Below, piece by piece: positions 10,032 to 19,294 of a stretch of DNA of 64,000 nt. The notes beneath the pieces are model-generated. The model searched no databases. It saw only the letters and a program-made list of their open reading frames with translations, and had not been told where the DNA came from. Origin of the DNA: Candidatus Sumerlaeales bacterium (GTDB lineage: Bacteria > Sumerlaeota > Sumerlaeia > Sumerlaeales > Sumerlaeaceae); the NCBI GenBank assembly GCA_038243585.1, contig JBBSQY010000011.1, positions 1-64,000 of the forward strand, in the 5' to 3' direction. Position numbers and translations under genes: made by a program. Positions within the stretch are counted from its first letter, which is position 1. The number at the start of each line of letters is the position of its first letter.

Positions 10032-10667
10032 TCAGGAGTTATTAAACGTCTCCGGCGTCAGGTGCCTGCGGGCAGCTCTTTGGGCGGTCATATCCACGTG
10101 CAGCTCCAGCATCTCCAGTAATTTGTCTACGGGCAGGCCGACGACGTTGAAGTAATCACCGATGACCTGCTCGACCAGCCTTCCGCCGAGGCCCTGGATG
10201 CCGTAGCTGCCGGCTTTGTCGAGCGGCTCGCCGGTGGCGACATAGTCATTAATTTCCGCGGTGGTAAGGGTCTTAATCCGAACATCGGTTGCGACGGCGT
10301 CGAGCTGGGTTGACTTTCCAACTTCCCGGACCGCGATCCCTGTAATGACCTGATGAGTCCGGCCGGACAGTTCGCCAAGCATGCGAACCGCATCGGCGGG
10401 GTTATCCGGCTTGAAATAAATTTTGTCGCAAGAGACGACGATTGTGTCGGCCGCGACCACAATACTGCCTTCCGGAACCTGATCATCCAGGGCCCCGGCC
10501 TTTAAGAATGCAGCTTTTAAAGCAAACTCGCGAGGCGAGCTGGCGACGATGGCGCGTTCGTCTACGTCAGCGGCTTGAACCTGATGCGGAATCTCAAGGA
10601 GCTGAAAGAGACGACGACGACGTGGCGATGCCGAGGCCAAAACTATAACAGGAGTTACATCGCTCAC
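10032..10667 (-). CDS. maf: Maf family nucleoside triphosphate pyrophosphatase
   Basis: LASASPRR, ADTIV, LSGRTHQV, DKAGSYGIQG, NVVGLP. Start re-assigned to GTG 10667, which overlaps the upstream stop as GTGA. Confidence 0.93.
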   Translation of the reverse strand: MSDVTPVIVLASASPRRRRLFQLLEIPHQVQAADVDERAIVASSPREFALKAAFLKAGALDDQVPEGSIVVAADTIVVSCDKIYFKPDNPADAVRMLGELSGRTHQVITGIAVREVGKSTQLDAVATDVRIKTLTTAEINDYVATGEPLDKAGSYGIQGLGGRLVEQVIGDYFNVVGLPVDKLLEMLELHVDMTAQRAARRHLTPETFNNS

Positions 10668-10999
10668 GGGGCAGCGGATGTGGTAGTTGTGCCGCTCAAC
10701 ACGGCTTTGATGCGATCTTGTCGTCTTTTCAAACGCTCGTCCGCTGATAAATAACGTGCGATAGACGAATCCAATTGACTTGCCGCAGCTAGCTCCGCAG
10801 ACGATGATGTGGTCTGGGTGTCGGCTGTCGTGGCCTGCGTGGCGGTTGTAGTTCGCGCCGACGCACCCGCACCCGCCGACTTTTCCTCTTTTGAGGAACA
10901 TGATGAAAGAATTACAGCAATCAGTGTCAATGACGCTAATAGCGGCAAACGGCGCTGGCGCGTTGGTTTCCGATTTGAGAGGAATTTTAAGATCAGCAT
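10664..10999 (-). CDS. Small lipoprotein, hypothetical
   Basis: Basic N-terminus, hydrophobic stretch and lipobox LSSC; Thr/Ala-rich; translationally coupled to maf. Confidence 0.65.
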   Translation of the reverse strand: MLILKFLSNRKPTRQRRLPLLASLTLIAVILSSCSSKEEKSAGAGASARTTTATQATTADTQTTSSSAELAAASQLDSSIARYLSADERLKRRQDRIKAVLSGTTTTSAAP

Positions 11000-11122
11000 T
11001 ACGTGTAAGCCAAATAGGGTTTTCCCTGAAAAGCTATTGTTTTCTTCTTCTCTCGTGAAATTTTCCCATAAAGTGTTGCTTCCATGACTCCATATATTCG
11101 ACCAGGCACCGAGAGTGGTGTA

Positions 11123-12583
11123 ATGCGCATGGCGGCTCAACGGAACCCAACCAGAGTCGTGCGAGTGCGGCTGCTTGTAGCCGTGCCTGCGGTCATCGTA
11201 CTGCTTCTGGGATTGATGGCCGCTACCTTTTACTTAATGGCCCAGTCTTACCTGTCATCCGCAGTGCAGCAGGACGAGACGGTCCTACAGGAATTCAGCG
11301 GCATCTGGCTGTTGTTTCTTGTAATATTCGTCGTTGGCGGCGGGTTAATTGGTTACATTCTGGCGTGGTCGTTAACGCGCCCCATCAGGGATATCATTCG
11401 CTTAAGCGAGAGGGTGGCTGGCGGAGACTTAAAATCCAAGGTTTCTGTCACGCGCCAAGATGAAATGGGGCAACTGGGAAGCTCGTTTAATTACATGGTC
11501 GAATCCCTCAACGAGTTTATCGAAACCCGGAACCGGTTCATTTTGGAAAGCTTTTCGGGCGGTCTCATTGTTACGGATTTAAATGGAACCATAACGGCGG
11601 TAAACTCTGCGGCGGAAAAACTCCTGGGGTTGCGTAACCTGGACGCCAATGGCAAAAGTGTGAGGGAGGTGTTCTCCCGGCCGGGGTTGACGGAGCTGCT
11701 CCGCCTGCACGAGCGGGTGGTCTGGAAGCAGGAAACCATCGTGGATCAGCGGCTGAACCTGGCCGTCAATGGCGGTTTATCACCGGTCATAGTTGGCTTT
11801 ACACCCATGAGAGATTCCTCCGGTACGGCCTTTGGCGTTATTGTAAATGTCCGCGATCGGATTCAGATGGAAAAGTTTTATGAGCATATGCGCAATACCG
11901 ACCGGCTGGCAACCATGGGAGCGTTTGCCAGCGGCCTCGCACATGAGATTCGAAATCCATTGGGGGCCATTAAGGGAACGGCGCAACTGCTGATGGAAGA
12001 TCTTGCTCCGAACAGTCCGGCAGTGGAGTATCTGCATGTAATTACCAAAGAGGTAAATCGTCTTGATACCCTGGTGCGGGAGGTTCAGGCTTATGGACAA
12101 CCGGTGGCAGAGAAGGTGCCCGCCGATCTTAATCGAATGATTGGTGAAATCATTAGCCTTGCGCAATCGGATCCTCGCCATCAGTCGCGTAAAATCACCG
12201 TTGAAACTCAACTTGAGGAACTTCCGCGTATGGTGGCGTCAAAAAATCAACTCCGTCAGGCGCTGCTGAATATAGTAATGAACGCGTTTGACGCCTCCCC
12301 CGACCACGGGGTGGTAAAAATCAGTGTCAATTACAACCCGCTGGAACTTCTGCCTGTGCAGATCAAGATAGCAAACCACGGTCTGCCATTTAGTTCCGAC
12401 ATTCAGGATCGCCTCTTCGAGCCATTTTTTACAACGAAGTCCTCGGGCACTGGCCTTGGTTTAGCTATTGCATGGCAGGTGGCGGTTAACCACGGAGGCA
12501 AGCTGGCCGTTGAATGTGCGGACGGATGGATCGCTTTTACAATGTCTCTTCCGGGATCATCCACGCCGCAAAGTGCGATATAG
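11123..12583 (+). CDS. Membrane sensor histidine kinase (2 TM, HAMP, PAS, HisKA, HATPase; NtrB/AtoS-like)
   Basis: HAMP (LTRPI...DEMGQLGSSFNYM), PAS, LAHEIRNPL, FEPFFTTK..GTGLGL. Start uncertain (11084, 11123 or 11129). Confidence 0.92.
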   Translation: MRMAAQRNPTRVVRVRLLVAVPAVIVLLLGLMAATFYLMAQSYLSSAVQQDETVLQEFSGIWLLFLVIFVVGGGLIGYILAWSLTRPIRDIIRLSERVAGGDLKSKVSVTRQDEMGQLGSSFNYMVESLNEFIETRNRFILESFSGGLIVTDLNGTITAVNSAAEKLLGLRNLDANGKSVREVFSRPGLTELLRLHERVVWKQETIVDQRLNLAVNGGLSPVIVGFTPMRDSSGTAFGVIVNVRDRIQMEKFYEHMRNTDRLATMGAFASGLAHEIRNPLGAIKGTAQLLMEDLAPNSPAVEYLHVITKEVNRLDTLVREVQAYGQPVAEKVPADLNRMIGEIISLAQSDPRHQSRKITVETQLEELPRMVASKNQLRQALLNIVMNAFDASPDHGVVKISVNYNPLELLPVQIKIANHGLPFSSDIQDRLFEPFFTTKSSGTGLGLAIAWQVAVNHGGKLAVECADGWIAFTMSLPGSSTPQSAI

Positions 12584-12869
12584 ATTTCCATCCCGCAAAA
12601 ACTGGTGGCAATGCCGCTTCGCTCCTGACCACCGGCTACCACTATTTAGCGCACTAAGGGCAATCTGCAAAATGGGTGATGTCTGTATTTATTACTAGTT
12701 TCTGATAAACCACGCTAGATAGGCAAAAATAACTAAAAATGGGATGAGACTGGACAATGCGTTTTAAGGATCGATTGCTAGTTGATATCTATGTCGTCTT
12801 GGCAATAATTTGCCATTTCGAATCAATCAGGATGCCTGCTGAACACTGGAAAGCTTTAAAGAAAGCCTG

Positions 12870-14330
12870 ATGCCTATGGATGGGACTTTTGATACCCCGC
12901 GCATTCTAATCGCGGACGACGAAGAAAGTATGCGCTTTATGCTGCGAGAGGTCATGCGCAGAGAAGGCTATGATGTCGAGGAGGCAAGCAACGGTGAACG
13001 CGCCGTGCAACTCGTCCGGGAAAACAATTTTGACCTGGTAATAATGGATATCAGAATGCCCGGAATGGATGGCATCCAGGCGTTAAAAGAGATGCGGCGA
13101 ATTCGGCCGCATATTGTGGTGGTAATAATTACTGCTCATGGGACCACCACTGTGGCCGTTGACGCCATGCGTCAGGGAGCATACGATTACTTTAATAAAC
13201 CGTTTGAACTGGGCGAAATGCGTGTGGTGGTGCGGCGGGCCCTGGAAAAGCAAGGGCTGTTAAACCAGGTGGCCAGCCTGGAATCGCGCCTACGTCAGCG
13301 CGCGCGATTTGATCGTATCATTGGCCAGAGCAATGCGATGCGCGAGGTGTTTGCGCTTCTGGAGCGTGTGGTTACGAACGATATTACGGTTTTAATAACT
13401 GGTGAAAGCGGAACAGGCAAAGAACTTGTCGCCCAGGCAGTGCATTATCAGTCTCCCCGGAAAGACAAGAATTTTGTAAGCGTTAACTGCGCGGCGATAC
13501 CTGAAAATTTGCTTGAGAGTGAACTGTTTGGCCATGAAAAAGGGTCGTTTACGGGGGCTATTGGCACCCATATAGGTAAGTTTGAAGTAGCAAACGGTGG
13601 CAGTATCTTTCTGGATGAAATCGGCGATATGCCTCTTGCTCTCCAGGGGAAATTGCTGCGGGTGCTGCAGGAGCGAGAAGTCCAGCGGGTTGGCGGGCGT
13701 AAGCCTATCGCTGTTGATATACGTATAATCGCAGCCACTAACCGTGATCTGACACGGGATGTGGAAGAGAAAAAGTTTCGCGAAGATTTGTTTTACCGGT
13801 TGAACGTGCTTCCCATACATCTGCCACCGCTACGAAAGCGACGCTCCGATGTGCCAATTTTAGTCGAACATCTCCTCCATGCGCTTAATCCGCGCCTGGC
13901 AAGAAATATCCTTGGTGTTACGCCGGAAGCACTTGAGGCGCTGATGAACTATCAATGGCCCGGAAACGTGAGAGAACTTGAAAACGTTTTGCAGAGGGCA
14001 ATGGTGATGGCGGGCGGAACGTTGATCGAGCTGGGAGACCTGGCGGCAGGAGTTCGCGAAGCGCGCCCACTGCCCATTTTAGCTGGCGGTGGTTCCATGG
14101 AGGAATCTCTGCCATTGCCGCCAGATTTTTTCACGAACTTCGATGTGCCTCTCGCTGGGAAAATGGAGCAGCTTGCGGAAGTATTCGAAAAGAAGATCAT
14201 TCTGCACGGCTTGGAAAAGATGAGTGGCCATCGGCAAACGACCGCTGATTTACTTGGAATCAGCAGAAAAAGCCTTCACAATAAGATGGCAAAATATGAG
14301 ATGTTTGATAAGGATGATGGTGCAGAATAA
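12870..14330 (+). CDS. Sigma54-dependent response regulator (REC + AAA+ + Fis-type HTH; NtrC/AtoC family)
   Basis: REC (ADDE, MDIRMP, K), GESGTGKE, ESELFGHEKGSFTGA, FLDEIG, WPGNVRELEN, HTH TADLLGISRKSLHNK. Confidence 0.95.
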   Translation: MPMDGTFDTPRILIADDEESMRFMLREVMRREGYDVEEASNGERAVQLVRENNFDLVIMDIRMPGMDGIQALKEMRRIRPHIVVVIITAHGTTTVAVDAMRQGAYDYFNKPFELGEMRVVVRRALEKQGLLNQVASLESRLRQRARFDRIIGQSNAMREVFALLERVVTNDITVLITGESGTGKELVAQAVHYQSPRKDKNFVSVNCAAIPENLLESELFGHEKGSFTGAIGTHIGKFEVANGGSIFLDEIGDMPLALQGKLLRVLQEREVQRVGGRKPIAVDIRIIAATNRDLTRDVEEKKFREDLFYRLNVLPIHLPPLRKRRSDVPILVEHLLHALNPRLARNILGVTPEALEALMNYQWPGNVRELENVLQRAMVMAGGTLIELGDLAAGVREARPLPILAGGGSMEESLPLPPDFFTNFDVPLAGKMEQLAEVFEKKIILHGLEKMSGHRQTTADLLGISRKSLHNKMAKYEMFDKDDGAE

Positions 14331-14497
14331 GATTAATTTCCGGGAAAGAGGACGTTTGTAGCAAGCTGAATCCAAGCATTTAACAAAGCACTATAGGTAC
14401 TTTTCTTATAACATGCCGTTCAGTCAAAGTTGATAATTTTTGCACTTAAATGAGCCGGACAAGTTGCTCGATAGAAATACTGTGTCCTTCAATTGAA

Positions 14498-14533
14498 AAA
14501 GCGCAAACCCGTCTGTTGACGGATTTGCGCTTT
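14498..14533. terminator. Probably bidirectional intrinsic terminator
   Basis: Hairpin aaagcgcaaacccgtc-tgtt-gacggatttgcgcttt between convergent genes, flanked by A and T runs. Confidence 0.8.
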
Positions 14534-14568
14534 AAGAAAATTAGTCGTGGTGTTTAGACTAAATTTTA

Positions 14569-14730
14569 TTACATAACTTTTTTGCCGCTGACAAAATGCA
14601 CGATCAGCAGTATCAGGAAGATAACAAACAGAACAACTGCGATCTGATACGCTAGGCCTGAAACACCTGACACACCCAATATAGCAGCAATGATTGCAAT
14701 TACCAGAAAAATAATGGCCCATCTTAACAT
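14569..14730 (-). CDS. Small membrane protein, DUF1328/UPF0391-like (53 aa; absent from the ORF track)
   Basis: Manual translation MLRWAIIFLVIAIIAAILGVSGVSGLAYQIAVVLFVIFLILLIVHFVSGKKVM*; GGAG RBS; terminator downstream. Confidence 0.9.
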   Translation of the reverse strand: MLRWAIIFLVIAIIAAILGVSGVSGLAYQIAVVLFVIFLILLIVHFVSGKKVM

Positions 14731-14824
14731 AATAACATCTCCAAACCTAGTAGTTTTTTGCGACCTGTGCAGGTTAAGCTATTAGCATTATTACACAGAC
14801 CGCTCTTCGTATGGAGTACTTACG

Positions 14825-14840
14825 GCAAGTGGTATGCCAA
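14825..14840 (-). promoter_or_regulatory. Sigma54 (-24/-12) promoter for the DUF1328-like gene
   Basis: Minus strand TTGGCATACCACTTGC: GG-N10-GC with TGGCA and TTGC consensus, about 95 nt before the ATG; AT-rich tract upstream. Confidence 0.75.
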
Positions 14841-15139
14841 CTTGAAAAAATAAAAAAAATGGCAATTTTACATAGCCAAGCTTAGACGTCAGGGAGTTAG
14901 CGTTTTACATTTTGGCAAGAGGTCAGCAACAGGCGTCCCGACTCAGGGCGCAACTCAGTCCCGTGCATATCATAAGGAAATTTTCGGTTTTGATTGAGCG
15001 GGTGGTTAGTAATAAATACACTTGTTAGCGCGCTTGGCGTCGATACCGCAAAAAGCCATGCTGAAGCGCACTTTAATCTTTTAACAAATCTGCCACACTC
15101 TTTGGTTCGACCTATGAAGTCTTTACAAGACGCGCAGTG

Positions 15140-15970
15140 TCATGAAAACTCCATAATGTTAACAGGCTGCTCCACTACCGGGTTGCTTACCGGGTAAATC
15201 AATGGAGTGGCTTTGCTGGGCTTGAAGTTATTTCTGCCTTGCGCCGCGTTGCTCTGCGGTCCATCGCTGTTTGAATCCGAAGAACCGCCCTTACTAGCGG
15301 CTCCCTTGCGTACCGGCTGGGCCATGAGGGTCGTATCCAATATCGTGGAAGCTTCTTCTGTAGAAACTTCCTCCGGCTTGTCTACACTTTTGGGCACTGG
15401 TAGCGCTTCGGTATCAGATTTGGTCGCTGGACGAACGACCGCCACTTCAGCGTCTGATTCTTTAGACGCATTTTTAGACAGGCGGCTGATGGTGCTCATG
15501 CCCTCTGACGAGTCGCTTTTTGTTTTGGTTTTGGAGGTGCTTGATTTGACGGCCATCTTGCTGATGGTGCTGCTTTTTTTTGGTGCGGGATCAGAAACAG
15601 ATGCTACGCTGCGGCTGGATTTCGATTTGGTCGATTTGCTGGCGGTATCCAAATTATACATTTTGCCGCTGCCGGGACTGTCATCATCGGCGGGTGAGGC
15701 GGCCAGATTTAATTTTTCAGTGGAGGGGCTTCCCAAAGGGGCCAGGTTCATTCCAGGATCAGACGAGGCCGGAGGCATCGGCGGAGGCGGTTCTCCAAAC
15801 ATGGGGCCAGGACCCTGAACCGCTGGTGGGCCCAGGGGAGCCGGCGCAGCGGTCAGGCTTGCGGCGGAGCCAGGACTATTCATGCCGCCGGCGCGAGACT
15901 GCCAGTTGGCGCATCCCGTCAGGCTTATCCAGCACACGGATAATAACCAAAAGCCATAGCATGATTTCAT
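15140..15970 (-). CDS. Low-complexity (Pro/Ser/Lys-rich) lipoprotein, hypothetical
   Basis: AGGAG RBS before ATG 15970; lipobox LTGC; composition suggests disorder. Confidence 0.75.
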   Translation of the reverse strand: MKSCYGFWLLSVCWISLTGCANWQSRAGGMNSPGSAASLTAAPAPLGPPAVQGPGPMFGEPPPPMPPASSDPGMNLAPLGSPSTEKLNLAASPADDDSPGSGKMYNLDTASKSTKSKSSRSVASVSDPAPKKSSTISKMAVKSSTSKTKTKSDSSEGMSTISRLSKNASKESDAEVAVVRPATKSDTEALPVPKSVDKPEEVSTEEASTILDTTLMAQPVRKGAASKGGSSDSNSDGPQSNAAQGRNNFKPSKATPLIYPVSNPVVEQPVNIMEFS

Positions 15971-16143
15971 AAAGTTTCTCCTGTTTCTCATATACAAACG
16001 CAATTCCCAACGGTTTGCCCTGGCCGCGTCAACATAATTGAAACGGCTCAAGTCCGAATATTTTCTTTGCTTTGCAGAAAGGTATACGGCTTTAAATTTA
16101 ATTCCATCATGCAACAGATTAAACTGGAGGTAGGTGAGCAGGT

Positions 16144-17094
16144 ATGTTTAACCACTCATATACCGCCGTCTTCGTGTCGGCATGGCTTTTAACAACCGCA
16201 GCAGGTATCAGTCAAACTCAGGCAGTTCCAAATCAGAATCTTGCAGCATCGAACTTTTACATCACAACTCCCCAGACGGGTGAGCGACAGGCAGTTGGTG
16301 CCGCCAGCCCCTCCGTCACGGCGCCCGCAAGCCCAAATGTTGCCAATACTTATCTGACTCAAACGCCAAGGCAGACGGCTCAGAAACCCGCTAGCACTGC
16401 CCGGCAAGGCCGAAGGAATAGCGGTTCCGCAACAGCGACTGTTACACCGGCTTATTCAGTTCAGCAGGTTAGCAATTCTCCCGCGGCTTACCAGACCCAG
16501 CAAACTGCCGCCAACTATTATGTAAGCGCGCAACAGTCGCAGCAGGTTGTCTCAACCTCAGCCCAGGCTGCCAGTAATTCTCAGCCATCAACTCAGCAAA
16601 CCGTCAATCCGGCCTATGTTTCCAATGCGTCCAGCAACGATACGGGTTTTTTAAGCCGGTTGCTGCATAGTAAGCCATCTGGTGGGAAGCAGCAACAGCA
16701 GCAGCCCGGTGCCATCAGGCAGGTTAGCAATCAGGTGGGTAACCTTGCGGGAAAGGCAAGCAGAAGCGTTTCGTATGGGGCGAGCAAACTTGCAGGAACG
16801 ATGCAGCAAGGAATGGCTAGCTGGTACGGTCAAGATTGGCACGGCAAAAAAACGGCCAATGGCGAGCGTTATGATATGGATAGCATGACGGCGGCCCATA
16901 AGACGCTGCCGTTTGGCACGGTGGTGAAGGTGCAAAACGAACGCAACGGTCGCGAATGCCTTGTAAGAATTAATAATCGCGGTCCATTTTCGAAGGGTCG
17001 GGTTCTGGATCTTTCCAGGGCCGCGGCACGCCAGCTTGATATGGTCGGCTCAGGCGTTGCGAAAATTAAAATGCAGGTTGTCGGAAAAAGCTAA
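16144..17094 (+). CDS. rlpA: RlpA-family lytic transglycosylase (C-terminal DPBB domain)
   Basis: GMASWYG..WHGKKTANGERYD..TAAHKTLPFGT...VRINNRGPF...LDLSRAAA; signal peptide and long Q/S/T/A-rich linker. Confidence 0.9.
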   Translation: MFNHSYTAVFVSAWLLTTAAGISQTQAVPNQNLAASNFYITTPQTGERQAVGAASPSVTAPASPNVANTYLTQTPRQTAQKPASTARQGRRNSGSATATVTPAYSVQQVSNSPAAYQTQQTAANYYVSAQQSQQVVSTSAQAASNSQPSTQQTVNPAYVSNASSNDTGFLSRLLHSKPSGGKQQQQQPGAIRQVSNQVGNLAGKASRSVSYGASKLAGTMQQGMASWYGQDWHGKKTANGERYDMDSMTAAHKTLPFGTVVKVQNERNGRECLVRINNRGPFSKGRVLDLSRAAARQLDMVGSGVAKIKMQVVGKS

Positions 17095-17104
17095 ATTCAG
17101 GCTT

Positions 17105-17905
17105 TTACATTGCCGCTTTTAATTCCCGCATATAGCCTTCCACAGATGCATACAGTTCTTTCTCCGGCTCTGCTGCGTTTCTTCCGATAAGATCAATTAA
17201 CGCGCTTCCGACGATTACGCCGTCCGCCCATTGCCCCACCTGCGCAGCTTGTTCCGGCGTTGATATGCCAAAGCCTACCGCAACCGGGGTATCCGTACAT
17301 TGACGAATCTCCGCCAGGGCTTCGCTCAGCTCAAACTGTTGATTTTGACGAGCACCGGTGACACCCTGCAGGCTGATGTAGTAAAGGAAGCCACCGCCAT
17401 GGGTGCAGATAAGCTTTTTGCGGGCGAGGTTCGATGTTGGAGCAATCAGACATATCAAATCCAGGTTATGCTTTTTGAGCACAGGCGCAACTTCTTCGAC
17501 CTCCTCTGCCGGCAAATCCGCGATAAGCACCCCGTCGGCTCCAGCGGCTTTTGCGTCTGCGGCAAACTTTTCCATCCCGTAATGGAAATAAGGATTATAC
17601 GCCCCAAATAAAACAACGGGCGTTTCGCTGCCGGCGGCTCGGAACTGACGTACCATATCAATTACCATGACAAGGTTTACCCCGTGCCCCAGTGCTACGG
17701 AAGAAGATTTTTGAATGGTCGGACCATCTGTCAGCGGATCGCTGAAAGGTACTCCGAGTTCAATGATGTCCGCGCCGCCTTTCTCAAGGCTGCGCATCAA
17801 CTCAACCGTGTGCCGCGGCTCTGGGAATCCGGCGGTTAGATATGGAATAAGGGCGCGCTCCCCGCGGGAACGCAGCTGAATAAATGTTTCCGTTATACGA
17901 CTCAT
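17105..17905 (-). CDS. trpA: Tryptophan synthase alpha chain
   Basis: IELGVPFSDP.DGPTIQ, GVTGAR, VGFGIS, ADGVIVGSA. Confidence 0.97.
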   Translation of the reverse strand: MSRITETFIQLRSRGERALIPYLTAGFPEPRHTVELMRSLEKGGADIIELGVPFSDPLTDGPTIQKSSSVALGHGVNLVMVIDMVRQFRAAGSETPVVLFGAYNPYFHYGMEKFAADAKAAGADGVLIADLPAEEVEEVAPVLKKHNLDLICLIAPTSNLARKKLICTHGGGFLYYISLQGVTGARQNQQFELSEALAEIRQCTDTPVAVGFGISTPEQAAQVGQWADGVIVGSALIDLIGRNAAEPEKELYASVEGYMRELKAAM

Positions 17906-18008
17906 AGAAACAACTACCTAATGTTGTGATCTCACAAGGAAAGCAAAATCCATCGCGGAACAGTTTTAGTTGCGCACTACTTCGGGAAGACATCGGATTA
18001 AGGGACTC

Positions 18009-19019
18009 ATGACTACTAAAATTTATGACATCGCCATTATCGGCGCAGGCCCGGCTGGCCTGTTTGCCCTGTTTTACGCATCCATGCGAGACATGGACGC
18101 GCTTTTGCTGGATAGCCTTCCGCAGCCGGGAGGTCAGCTCGCAACCCTGTATCCGGAAAAGTTCATCTACGATATGCCGGGATTCCCAAAAGTTCCTGCC
18201 GCAGAGCTTGCCCAGTTGATGTATGAGCAGGCCACCATGCATCGCAAGCAGGATATGGAACTTGGCGCTCGCGTGGAGACTCTGACCTTTGACGCGACGA
18301 CGGACCTTTTCACGCTGCATGACTCGAAAGGAAAGCCATTTCAGGCTAGAACTGTTCTGATTACCACCGGGGCGGGAGCGTTTCGCCCGAACCGCCTCAA
18401 GATACCTCACGTCGAGCGACTGGAGGGCCAGAATGTTCATTATTTCGTTCAGGACAAATCAGTCTTTGCCGACAAACCAATTGTTATCGTGGGCGGCGGC
18501 GACAGTGCCCTTGACTGGGTCTTGAATCTTCATGACGTGGCGTCTAATATAAGCCTTGTTCACAGAAGGGATACCTTTAGAGCCCACGAAGAGTCGGTGC
18601 GTAAGGTTAATGCCCTCTCTCATGTGAATCAGTATCTCTATTACGAGGTGAAAGAGCTGGAGATCGGCGGGCTGGAAAATTTGGAACAGGTGGTCATTGA
18701 GAATAATAAGACGGGCGAAAGGCTCATGCTCCGGGCAGATCATCTGATTATAAACATGGGTTTCGTGGCTGATATGGGTCCGGTGAAAAATTGGGATCTG
18801 GAGTTGCAGGGCAATTACATCAAAGTGAACTCTCATATGGAGACTAACCGGAAAGGCGTATTCGCGGCGGGGGATGTGACTACGTACGACGGCAAGATCA
18901 AATTGATCGCAACGGCGACGTCCGAAGCGGCTATCGCTGTCAACGCCGCAAAACAACGGATAGACCCGACCCAGCGGCTACAGCCGGGACATTCCTCTGC
19001 TTTGTACGAGTCAAAATAA
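18009..19019 (+). CDS. Thioredoxin-reductase-like ferredoxin--NADP+ reductase (YumC type)
   Basis: IIGAGPAGL, GGQL..LYPEK.IYD, GGGDSALDW, VHRR, AAGD, KLIA, PGHSS; no CxxC. Start set at ATG 18009. Confidence 0.9.
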   Translation: MTTKIYDIAIIGAGPAGLFALFYASMRDMDALLLDSLPQPGGQLATLYPEKFIYDMPGFPKVPAAELAQLMYEQATMHRKQDMELGARVETLTFDATTDLFTLHDSKGKPFQARTVLITTGAGAFRPNRLKIPHVERLEGQNVHYFVQDKSVFADKPIVIVGGGDSALDWVLNLHDVASNISLVHRRDTFRAHEESVRKVNALSHVNQYLYYEVKELEIGGLENLEQVVIENNKTGERLMLRADHLIINMGFVADMGPVKNWDLELQGNYIKVNSHMETNRKGVFAAGDVTTYDGKIKLIATATSEAAIAVNAAKQRIDPTQRLQPGHSSALYESK

Positions 19020-19068
19020 TGACTCGTTATTTTATCCCGACGATGACAATTTTAAATAGGAAACAAAA

Positions 19069-19293
19069 ATGAGAGAACGCACCATTCGGGTCCTGATGGA
19101 CAAACGAAACAATCGATTCGCTATTCATGACGTGGTATCCGGCGATCTCTTGCATATATTTTATCCTACGCGAGACATCTCCGAGATGGCTCCTCAGCAG
19201 ATTGTGGACAATGAGAACGAGGCCATTCGTGATTTCATGGTAAACGGAAATCATGGGGACGAAGACGACAGCGAAAATGAGCTGGGCTGGTAG
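19069..19293 (+). CDS. Small acidic hypothetical protein (74 aa)
   Basis: AGGA RBS; fills the gap between two + strand genes; protein-like composition with an acidic tail. Confidence 0.6.
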   Translation: MRERTIRVLMDKRNNRFAIHDVVSGDLLHIFYPTRDISEMAPQQIVDNENEAIRDFMVNGNHGDEDDSENELGW

Positions 19294-19294
19294 C

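Noticed and set aside
10668..10901. N-terminal extension of the Maf ORF
   Set aside because: Overlaps the lipoprotein gene in another frame; Maf similarity begins at the GTG at 10667.
13545..13562. GSFTGA instead of GAFTGA in the activator
   Set aside because: A common functional variant; not evidence of sigma54 independence.
14489..14722. 77-aa minus-strand ORF in the track
   Set aside because: Wrong frame; the DUF1328-like 53-aa ORF with an RBS explains the locus.
14913..14927. Plus-strand GG-N10-GC site
   Set aside because: Poor -12 box (CAGC) and no credible downstream gene.
17105..17905. trpA without other trp genes (also lone proB, nadC, rfbA)
   Set aside because: Scattered biosynthetic genes are common in many bacterial lineages and are not informative from one window.
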